Origin: Chitinophagales bacterium
GTDB taxonomy: Bacteria; Bacteroidota; Bacteroidia; Chitinophagales; Saprospiraceae
Assembly: GCA_013297745.1 (NCBI GenBank)
Contig: JAAFIM010000007.1
Coordinates: 747 to 64,746, forward strand
Length of the DNA: 64,000 nt
Reading direction: 5' to 3'
Numbering within the stretch: the stretch's first letter is position 1; each line of letters starts with the position of its first letter. The position numbers were made by a program, and so were the translations under genes. Positions 1 to 7,693 of the stretch are shown one piece after another. The notes under the pieces are model-generated. The model was not told where the DNA came from. It did not search any database and was given only the letters and a program-made list of their open reading frames with translations.

Positions 1-318
1 CACTAATACCGCCCGCAATGTATCTCTCCGCCCCCAGCTTCCCAACACACTCAAGCGCGCTTGCCCCTCCCACGTGGATTGATTAGCGCCGATAGAGTAA
101 AAATTTTTATAAAATGCTACTTGTCCGTTCATTTGTACAAAATTATAACCCGCAAACCCTTTTATTATCAACCCCAAACGGTTTTGGTGCGTGCCAAAAG
201 TAAAAGAAACTCCAGCTTGCCCGCCTACAAAAAAGCGGTTTTCTGTATGAATAAGCAATTGCGCGGATAAAGTTTGTATAAATCCAACAACCAACAGCAG
301 CGAATAGATAATTTTCAT
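1..318 (-). CDS. Secreted/outer-membrane protein, paralog of 630..1580 (N-terminal 106 codons only; C-terminus lies before window start)
   Basis: ATG at 318..316 (minus). Translation MKIIYSLLLVVGFIQTLSAQ...FFVGGQAGVSFTFGTHQNRLGLI... aligns colinearly with the N-terminus of the 630..1580 product. The frame is open to position 1. The DNA is about 80 percent identical to 1320..1580. Confidence 0.55.
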   Translation of the reverse strand, partial: MKIIYSLLLVVGFIQTLSAQLLIHTENRFFVGGQAGVSFTFGTHQNRLGLIIKGFAGYNFVQMNGQVAFYKNFYSIGANQSTWEGQARLSVLGSWGRRDTLRAVLV

Positions 319-361
319 AATTAAATTTTTATAGTAAAACACACTAATAACTAACAACTAA

Positions 362-578
362 GTAAGTAGACAAAAATAAAGTAAAAAATCGCGCGGAGCG
401 CGTAACTACACCAATCCGTTGAGTTTCTATACTGTCTGAAGTGAGACGAAGCGCAGCGGAGCGAACAAGTTTATAGAAACAAGGCGTTTTTGGTACTTTT
501 TGCGCCTGCAAAAAGTACGAAGAAAAAGAAATTTTCAGGCGTAAGCCGTTAAGAAAATTTCCAAAACCCAAGTTTTTG
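362..578. repeat. Structured intergenic repeat family 1, copy A (~220 bp; other copies 22029..22252, 26870..27070, 55771..55997)
   Basis: Near-identical sequence recurs 4 times in both orientations. It contains the perfect hairpin GTACTTTTTGC-nnnn-GCAAAAAGTAC and a GCGCG-loop-CGCGC hairpin whose loop differs between copies. Track ORFs 344..571 and 26802..27005 are just translations of this repeat. Confidence 0.8.
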
Positions 579-629
579 CTAAAGCGTAAAAATTACTTTT
601 ATATTGTCTAATTACTTAATAACTAACAA

Positions 630-1580
630 CTAATAAAACCAACTTCCGTTCAAACTCAACAGGCTAAAAAATTTAGGACGGCGTATTTTCTGCTTTTTGT
701 CGTGCAAATAACTTTTATTATCGCGGTCTAACATCGGAATATGGGGATTTTTCCCCTCTGGGTCGTCGCCCCAATTGGCAGGAATGAGCATATTATCGTG
801 AATAAACTTATTCTGCATCGCATTGCGCACCTGTTCCGCGTCTATACCTATATCAAAATTAGCTTGTTGGAAATAGGGCAGGGCTTGTTCTACCCCCAAA
901 GTAACCGAACCCATAGATTTATCCCCCAAATGCACATTATTCATATCCATATACCCAAAGCGCGCGGGGAAATTGCTATCGCGCACCCAATTACTGCCCT
1001 CTCCGTAAGGATTGCCCGTGTAAGAAACGTGTTTGAGCAGTAGCCTTGTTTGTGGGGTTATATAATAAGACAAAGCCACCGCACCCGTTCTGTATCGGTC
1101 TTGAGCTATAAAACATAAAAAATCGTTCTCCAGCATAAATTGGAACTTGTTAGCCTGAAAAGACAACGAGCCCGCCCTTTGCTTTGTACCTTGATTGTCC
1201 CAATACCAGATATACCCATAACCAGCCGAATAGCGTTTGGTGGTTTGGTTGCTCATCTCGTTCACAAAAATTTGCCTTGCAGTATCCCGCGCGCCCCAAC
1301 TCACTACAGCTCCGATGCGCGTTTGCACCTCCCAAGCGGATTGATTAGCACCGATAGAGTAGAAATTTTTATAAATAGCCACTTGTGGGTTGAGTTGTGC
1401 AAAATCGTAACCCATAAACCCCTTCAGGATTAGCCCCAAGCGGTTTTGGTGCGTGCCAAATGTGAAAGAAACTCCAGCTTGTCCTCCCACAAAAAAACGG
1501 TTTTGATTATAAAAGGTTAATTGTGCGCACAAAAAAGGGGCGGATAAGCCCCAAAAAATTATCAATAAAAGAATTTTCAT
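630..1580 (-). CDS. Hypothetical secreted/outer-membrane protein with signal peptide (possible beta-barrel)
   Basis: 316-aa ORF. The N-terminus MKILLLIIFWGLSAPFLCAQ looks like a signal peptide. Composition is aromatic/Gly-rich, like OM beta-barrel proteins. No confident family assignment. Confidence 0.55.
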   Translation of the reverse strand: MKILLLIIFWGLSAPFLCAQLTFYNQNRFFVGGQAGVSFTFGTHQNRLGLILKGFMGYDFAQLNPQVAIYKNFYSIGANQSAWEVQTRIGAVVSWGARDTARQIFVNEMSNQTTKRYSAGYGYIWYWDNQGTKQRAGSLSFQANKFQFMLENDFLCFIAQDRYRTGAVALSYYITPQTRLLLKHVSYTGNPYGEGSNWVRDSNFPARFGYMDMNNVHLGDKSMGSVTLGVEQALPYFQQANFDIGIDAEQVRNAMQNKFIHDNMLIPANWGDDPEGKNPHIPMLDRDNKSYLHDKKQKIRRPKFFSLLSLNGSWFY

Positions 1581-1612
1581 AAAAAATATAAAATGATATA
1601 GCCAAAAAAATG

Positions 1613-1922
1613 AAGCTGTTTAGTAAGAAATTTTTTACATTTATTTTCAATTAAGAAAAACAACAGTTTACGTCTTTTAAGCAACAGACTAAAGTCTGTT
1701 GTAATCGTTTTTTGTTCTTCAACGGGTTAAAACCCGTTGGTATTGATTGATAAAACTATAAAACGCGCGGGGCTTTAGCCCCAAAAGCGCGAAAAAATCC
1801 TAAATCTCAATTGTGCTGGGACTTTCGCTTACGCGCAGCTTGATGCAGCTTTGCTGCCTCTTCGGTTTTTCCCGCACAATACAGAGAAATTAAAAGATAA
1901 AAAAATCATACTAAACAACTTC
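1613..1922 (+). mobile_element. MITE-like repeat family 2, copy a (13-bp TIR AAGYTGTTTAGTA; serial hairpins)
   Basis: The 5' end is aagctgtttagta and the 3' end is catactaaacaacttc (its inverse). Internal palindromes are aacagactaaagtctgtt, aacgggttaaaacccgtt and ggggctttagcccc. Near-identical copies lie at 4610..4874 and, inverted, at 10233..10496. This copy carries an extra ~55 bp internal segment. Confidence 0.75.
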
Positions 1923-1927
1923 AAATG

Positions 1928-3037
1928 TTAATCTCGGCGCAAAGTGGGCTTATTTCTCCTTTGCAACAAACCTTTTACCCTTATCTGGGTGCTGTAGTTT
2001 TGCAAATCGGCTATAGTATCGGGAACTTTCAGCAGTTTGTGCTGCACTTCATCTACAGTAAGTTTGTGAAAATAGTTAGAATCTAACATAATCGTATCTT
2101 TTGCCGCTTGGCAGTTGTCAAATAATTCTATAGGACAACTTTCAAACTCGTAAAAATCATTATTTTGAACAATAAATTTGCAGCGTTTGGCAAACTCACA
2201 GGACAGGGCAAGGTGGGTTTTATTATTCTTAAATATGTTATTTTTCAACACAATCGTGTTTCGTTTGGTGGTTTTATAAAGGGTAAAAGCGGCATTATTA
2301 GCATTGATAAAAGTATTGTTTTCAATCGTAGCCACACCACCGCCCGTCATCCATATCATCAACCCAGAGTGAGAGCCGCGCGAAAGTGCGTTTTTTACGA
2401 TATTGTGGTTGAAAATTATAGAACCACCAATCAATAACAGGGTATAATCGCTAATTTGAGAATGGCTAAATGTAAGTTGGGAGGTGATGCGCACGTGCAG
2501 AGGGCGATAACATTGGCGAATGTGTATGTTTTTGGCTATTACTCGCGCTTGTTTTTCGGTTTGGATGGCGGTTTGGCAGTCTATAATTTCACAATGCTGC
2601 AATTTTATGTTTCTGTTTTCAGCTTGTATCAAATGGATAGGATTCCATTTTTTGCCCCTAAATACGGTGTGTTCAAATATATTCATAGCTGTATCCGTAA
2701 AAATTGGGTTGTCGTGGGCTACCACAGCGCGGCGAAAAAATAAACCTTGCCATTGATGCCCGTTGAAACCCTCAAAAATTATCTTTTTCTTCGCAGTACC
2801 TTTGGCGATAATCTGCCCTTCTATTTGCATTTTTACCTCACTTGAGAATAACACCCGCACACCAGCTTCTATATTCAATACGGTATTGGGGGCTATAAAT
2901 AAATCGTTGGCTATAATATAAGGACTTTTTTGCCGCGTCCAAGTTTGGTTGTCGCTTATAGGCTCGCTAATGTAGGTTTGTGCGTGTATTAAACTAAATG
3001 TGGTCAAAAATAAGCAAGTAAGTAATTGTATATTCAT
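1928..3037 (-). CDS. Secreted right-handed beta-helix (pectin-lyase-fold-like) repeat protein, hypothetical
   Basis: Signal peptide MNIQLLTCLFLTTFSLIHAQ. Periodic N/G/I-rich repeats (NNTFINANNAAF, NNIFKNN) are typical of parallel beta-helix proteins. Confidence 0.5.
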   Translation of the reverse strand: MNIQLLTCLFLTTFSLIHAQTYISEPISDNQTWTRQKSPYIIANDLFIAPNTVLNIEAGVRVLFSSEVKMQIEGQIIAKGTAKKKIIFEGFNGHQWQGLFFRRAVVAHDNPIFTDTAMNIFEHTVFRGKKWNPIHLIQAENRNIKLQHCEIIDCQTAIQTEKQARVIAKNIHIRQCYRPLHVRITSQLTFSHSQISDYTLLLIGGSIIFNHNIVKNALSRGSHSGLMIWMTGGGVATIENNTFINANNAAFTLYKTTKRNTIVLKNNIFKNNKTHLALSCEFAKRCKFIVQNNDFYEFESCPIELFDNCQAAKDTIMLDSNYFHKLTVDEVQHKLLKVPDTIADLQNYSTQIRVKGLLQRRNKPTLRRD

Positions 3038-3176
3038 AAAGTGAGATATTATAAAAAGGATTTAAGCGCAAAGTTAGCCTTTTTTTACAAATAATAAACT
3101 ATTTTACCCGAAATTGGTTAGCAATGGGCAAAAAAATAGCCCGTGCGATGCACAAGCTGTTGAATAATAAGCGGTT

Positions 3177-3701
3177 TTATTTACCTTTCAGCAATTTATT
3201 CAGATATTTTAGCGTACTTTTTTGGCTGGGCGGGGTAGCATCTCTATTCAGAATTTTACCCGCTTTATCCAACACCAAATAATGGGGGATAGAATAGATA
3301 AATAATTGCGCCAACAAAGGTTGGGCTGCTCCCAAACCGCGCCGATAATGCCGCGCACTGATTGGAAAGGGTTGTTTTTGAACCGCTTTTTGCCACGCTT
3401 CGCTGCTTTCGTCCATTGATAAGTATAAAAACACCACAGGGCGACCAGCCAATTTCTCCGCCAACTCTGCCGAATAGGGCAACTCCTCCAAACAAGGCTT
3501 GCACCAACTCGCCCAAAAATCCACATACACCAAACTATCTTTATACTGCCCAAAAATAGTCGCCAAACTGCTGCTGTCGCTCTTCTCGTTGTAAAAATAA
3601 TGCTCGCTTAGGGTTTGGTTGATGCCTTTGCGCTGCGCTTGTAGAGTATTAACAAACGCTAAAGATAAAATTAGTAAGATAATGAAACTGTATTTGTGCA
3701 T
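3177..3701 (-). CDS. TlpA-like thiol-disulfide oxidoreductase (thioredoxin fold)
   Basis: Signal peptide followed by the WCKPC active-site motif in a thioredoxin-like context (DFWASWCKPCLEELP). Confidence 0.75.
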   Translation of the reverse strand: MHKYSFIILLILSLAFVNTLQAQRKGINQTLSEHYFYNEKSDSSSLATIFGQYKDSLVYVDFWASWCKPCLEELPYSAELAEKLAGRPVVFLYLSMDESSEAWQKAVQKQPFPISARHYRRGLGAAQPLLAQLFIYSIPHYLVLDKAGKILNRDATPPSQKSTLKYLNKLLKGK

Positions 3702-3779
3702 AGATTAAAAGTTGGTTTTGTACAAATGTGTGAAAAGAATTACTTGTGGTTAAAAAATTTACTTTTATTCGCTTGTTGT

Positions 3780-3884
3780 CCCCGCGTTGTAACGCGGGGC
3801 TATTTCTGTTAAACCCTGTTGGGGGTTTTATTTTGCCAACCCCGAAGGGGTTGAACGGCAATTGCCCCGTGTGAAACACGGGGT
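3780..3884. repeat. Cluster of GC-rich stem-loops in AT-rich intergenic DNA
   Basis: ccccgcg-ttgtaa-cgcgggg, ggggtt-N10-aacccc, ccccgaagggg and ccccgtg-tgaaa-cacgggg lie within 105 bp between divergent genes. Confidence 0.6.
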
Positions 3885-3992
3885 TTATAAGAAAAAAATA
3901 AAAGTATCGTTGTAAAGATGCACGTTTTTAATCACAAATAAATTGTTCTTTTTGCACAAATGTTGTAAATTTCTAAAAATTAAAATAACAAT

Positions 3993-4607
3993 ATGGTACG
4001 ATTTGTATATTTTGCGCTGCTTTTGTTTGTATCTGCTTGCGCTGCGGATAATCCTAACGCTCAATTTATCGCATCAACCCCCAAAGTAACGGGGCGGGTG
4101 ATAGAAGTGGCTTTGTTTGAGTATGATAGCACGGAAATAATCATACACAAAAGCGATATTTTAAATTATTACTTTGTATTAGAAACGTTTAATCAAACGC
4201 CCGAACCTATAACACTCTGTAATCCTAATCTATTGAAAGAAGGGCAACATCCTTATCCCAACGATTTTTTTCTAAAACGTTGTCGTGTGGGTGTTGAAGA
4301 CGCTTGTATAGATTATATAGTAGGCAATACTATAATTATTCCCCCTTTTAGGAAGCGTTTAGATACCGTGCTTGTGGGTGGATATGTTACGCCTGCTCCT
4401 GGTATGGCTGATTATTATGCTGATATTGAATGGCAAATGGAACATATTAATGAGTATAAAAAAGGCGATTTGATTTGGATATATTCGCCCCGTCCTACGC
4501 CATATTATCAAGATACCATTTTTTACCCTTTTGCCAAAGAGGTAAAATATAGCAAACATTGGAACGGTTTGGACTATTGGCCAGCGGGTTGGCAACGTTC
4601 TATATAA
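3993..4607 (+). CDS. Hypothetical lipoprotein
   Basis: N-terminus MVRFVYFALLLFVSAC is lipobox-like. No recognisable catalytic motif. Confidence 0.5.
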   Translation: MVRFVYFALLLFVSACAADNPNAQFIASTPKVTGRVIEVALFEYDSTEIIIHKSDILNYYFVLETFNQTPEPITLCNPNLLKEGQHPYPNDFFLKRCRVGVEDACIDYIVGNTIIIPPFRKRLDTVLVGGYVTPAPGMADYYADIEWQMEHINEYKKGDLIWIYSPRPTPYYQDTIFYPFAKEVKYSKHWNGLDYWPAGWQRSI

Positions 4608-4609
4608 AG

Positions 4610-4874
4610 AAGTTGTTTAGTAAGAATTTTTCTACATTTTCAATTTAAAAAAATAACCATTTGTGTATTTTAAGCAACAGACTAAAGTCTGTTGTAATCG
4701 TTTTTTTGTCTCTCAACGGGTTAAAACCCGTTGGTATTGATTGATAAAACTGTATAACGCGTGGGACTTTAGTCCCAAAAGCGCGAAAAAATCCTAAATC
4801 TCAATTGTGCTGGGACTTTAGTCCCGCACCATACAGAGAAATTAAAAGATAAAAAAAGCATACTAAACAACTTC
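4610..4874 (+). mobile_element. MITE-like repeat family 2, copy b
   Basis: Starts 3 bp after the stop of 3993..4607. It has the same TIRs and hairpins as 1613..1922. Confidence 0.75.
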
Positions 4875-4930
4875 AAAGATAAAATTCAATAAAGACGAAT
4901 TGCAACTGCCGCAATTCGTCTTATTTTTTG

Positions 4931-7435
4931 CTAATACGGGTCTATATCCACCAGCACCCGCAGCCCTTTATAAGTGCTATTATTCTGTATTTGCTCTTGA
5001 AGGCTAACAATAAGTTGCTTGGTCGCTTGCAAAGTCGCGCTATCTTTGGTTAGTTTTAATAAAATATCCATTAGAAAATACTCGCGCACTCTGGAAATAG
5101 CGGGTACGGCAGGGCCTAAAACCCTATCTCCAAGCTGTACTTTCAACGATTGGGCAAAAAACACAGCAGCCGATTGTACAATTTCTTCCCGTTTATGCTT
5201 AAATTGTATGCCTATCAACTTGCTAAAAGGCGGATAACCAAAATTTTGCCGTTCTGCCAACTCGCGCTGCAAAAATTGTTCAAAATCATTCTCTTTCAAC
5301 TCCCACAATACTGGATGTTCTGTGTTGTAGGTTTGTATAAATACTTTACCGTTTTTCTTTTTGCGCCCTGCGCGCCCTGCTACTTGAGTGAGTAGTTGAT
5401 AAGCGCGTTCTGAAGCGCGGAAATCGGGAAACTGTAGCATTTGGTCGGCAGAAATAACCCCCACCAAACCCACATTATCAAAATCCAAACCTTTTGTAAC
5501 CATTTGCGTACCGATTAAAATCTGCACTTCGCGCTTTTCAAACGCTTGGATGATTTTATCCGCGCCCGTTTTGCCCTTGACTGTGTCTAAATCCATCCGC
5601 GCCGTTTGTATATCGGGAAAGTATATTTTAATATCATCTTCTATCTTTTCCGTACCAAAACCTTGAGGATTTAACGAAGCTGAACCGCAAGCTGGGCAAT
5701 GTTTGGGCAAAAATTGGGTTAATCCGCAATAATGGCAGTGCAAATCGCGGCTGTCGTGGTGATAAGTCATTGATACATCGCAACGGGTGCATTTTCCCGC
5801 CCAGCCGCAACTTTTGCATTTGTACGCGGGCGCATATCCGCGCCGATTTTGGAATAAAATAACCTGCTCTTCTTTGGCAAAACAATCTGTAATCGCTTGC
5901 AACAGTTGAGGGCTAAAATGGCTTTTCATCAACTTGCGCTTGGTTTCTTCTTTTATATCCACCAACAAAATATCGGGCAAAGCCAACCCCCCAAAGCGGT
6001 TTTTCATCTCTACCAACCCGTACTTTTTTTGTTGAACGTTGTAATAAGTTTCTACTGAAGGCGTAGCCGTTCCCAGCAAGGTTTTGCATTGGTACAAATG
6101 CGCCATATACACAGCCGTATCGCGCGCATTATAACGCGGATTGGGGTCAGTTTGTTTGTAACTGGGGTCGTGTTCTTCATCTACCAAGATTAAACCCAAA
6201 TTTTGAAAAGGTAAGAATAGAGCCGAGCGCGCGCCCAACACCACAGGGCAACCGTTCAAAACCTTATTCCAAATTTCTACCCGCTCAAAACTGTTAAACT
6301 TGGAATGATAAGTCAATACTTTATCCCCAAAATGCTTTTGCAACCGCCCCACCATCTGTGCCGTAAGCCCTATTTCTGGCAAAAGGTATAAAACTTGTTT
6401 GCCCGCATCTATAGTTTTTTGTATCAATTCCACAAACACTTGCGTTTTTCCACTCCCCGTTACCCCGTGCAATAAAATAGCGTTTTTAGATAAAAATTGA
6501 TTTTCTATATCGGACAAAGCCGCTTTTTGTATATCAGAAAGTGCATAATTGCCCACTCCTTCGTGTTCATAATCTATCAAACGGCTTATTTCTATCTCAA
6601 AAAGGTTAAAAATTCCCTTTTTTGCCATCGCATTCAATACGCTGCTATCTACGTTGGCTTTTTCATAAATCTGTTTTCGGCTCAATTGGCGGGTTTGTTC
6701 TGCTTTGCTCAATTGTATAAACGCCATCAACGCTTCAGTCTGTCGCCCAGAGCGGCTTATTTCCGCGAATACATCAGACAACAAATGGGGCTGGCTTTGG
6801 TAGGGTTCTGCCAATTCCACCATAGACAACATTTTAGGCTTATATTTTTCTTTCAATTCGTCCAATATCGTAATCAATTTTTTTTCCAACATCTTTTTCA
6901 ACAGCGGCCGCACTTGATAATTGGGGCAAAGTTTTTGGATTTCATCTATAGTCAATTCGCTATTTTTCATCAAACTTTCCATTATAAAATTCTCGCGCGG
7001 GTTGAGATTTGCCAAAAACTCTTGTTGGTCTTCGTATTGTTCGTGCAATATAATTTTAGTTTCTGATTCCAACTTAAACCCAGCAGGCAAAGCCGCTTGC
7101 ATCACTTCCCCCATCGTGCAGAGATAATAATTCGCTATCCAATTCCACAACGCAAACTGTTTGTCTGTAACAATAGCTTCTTCATCCAATACGGATAAAA
7201 TAGGTTTGGTTTTATAATCTGTAGGCGCTTGTTCAAACAGTTCATAAATCAACCCCGCGTATAATTTTGTACCTCTAAACGGCACTTCCACCCGCACGCC
7301 CTTTTTCACCAAAGGCGCAAGATGCACAGGCACGCTGTAAGTGTATAATTTAGGCAAAGGCAAGGGCAAAATAACCGTTGCAAATAATAATTCTTTGCTC
7401 TGAATTTCGTTCTCTTCAAATAGTTGAAATAACAT
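4931..7435 (-). CDS. priA: Primosomal protein N' (replication restart helicase PriA)
   Basis: Walker A GVTGSGKT, DEEHD box, C-terminal zinc-binding CxxC...CxxC cluster (CKSCGWAGKCTRC...CHYCG...CPACGS), ~830 aa. Confidence 0.9.
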   Translation of the reverse strand: MLFQLFEENEIQSKELLFATVILPLPLPKLYTYSVPVHLAPLVKKGVRVEVPFRGTKLYAGLIYELFEQAPTDYKTKPILSVLDEEAIVTDKQFALWNWIANYYLCTMGEVMQAALPAGFKLESETKIILHEQYEDQQEFLANLNPRENFIMESLMKNSELTIDEIQKLCPNYQVRPLLKKMLEKKLITILDELKEKYKPKMLSMVELAEPYQSQPHLLSDVFAEISRSGRQTEALMAFIQLSKAEQTRQLSRKQIYEKANVDSSVLNAMAKKGIFNLFEIEISRLIDYEHEGVGNYALSDIQKAALSDIENQFLSKNAILLHGVTGSGKTQVFVELIQKTIDAGKQVLYLLPEIGLTAQMVGRLQKHFGDKVLTYHSKFNSFERVEIWNKVLNGCPVVLGARSALFLPFQNLGLILVDEEHDPSYKQTDPNPRYNARDTAVYMAHLYQCKTLLGTATPSVETYYNVQQKKYGLVEMKNRFGGLALPDILLVDIKEETKRKLMKSHFSPQLLQAITDCFAKEEQVILFQNRRGYAPAYKCKSCGWAGKCTRCDVSMTYHHDSRDLHCHYCGLTQFLPKHCPACGSASLNPQGFGTEKIEDDIKIYFPDIQTARMDLDTVKGKTGADKIIQAFEKREVQILIGTQMVTKGLDFDNVGLVGVISADQMLQFPDFRASERAYQLLTQVAGRAGRKKKNGKVFIQTYNTEHPVLWELKENDFEQFLQRELAERQNFGYPPFSKLIGIQFKHKREEIVQSAAVFFAQSLKVQLGDRVLGPAVPAISRVREYFLMDILLKLTKDSATLQATKQLIVSLQEQIQNNSTYKGLRVLVDIDPY

Positions 7436-7693
7436 TTATTAGTGTATAGTTATTAGTGATTAGTTATTAGTTATCAATGGTTAGTGATAGAAAATAAAGT
7501 TCGTAAGTTTTTTTAAATACTTTTGCAAACTGCGCAAAGCTATAGTAAATGTTTGCAAAGCCAAAAATTTTCCCGCAAGTCCGCCTCCCAATTAAGAAAC
7601 GAAGTTGCGCGTAAGCGAAAGGGACGGGGAGGGCTAACACACTCCAACAAGCAAACCACGCAAAGCTTTTACCGCTACAATTTCCAAACTCCC

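Noticed and set aside
61-270. Plus-strand 69-aa ORF at window start
   Set aside because: Lies antisense to the better-supported minus-strand paralog fragment 1..318.
344-571. Track ORFs 344..571 and 26802..27005 share the peptide QAQKVPKTPCFYKLVRSAALRLTSDS.ETQRIGVVTR
   Set aside because: They are translations of repeat family 1. Conservation is at the DNA level, and the copies have different frames and ends in B/D. The family is treated as non-coding.
6497-7066. 189-aa plus-strand ORF inside priA
   Set aside because: Antisense to a well-supported conserved gene. F/L/I-rich composition typical of an antisense reading of AT-rich coding DNA.
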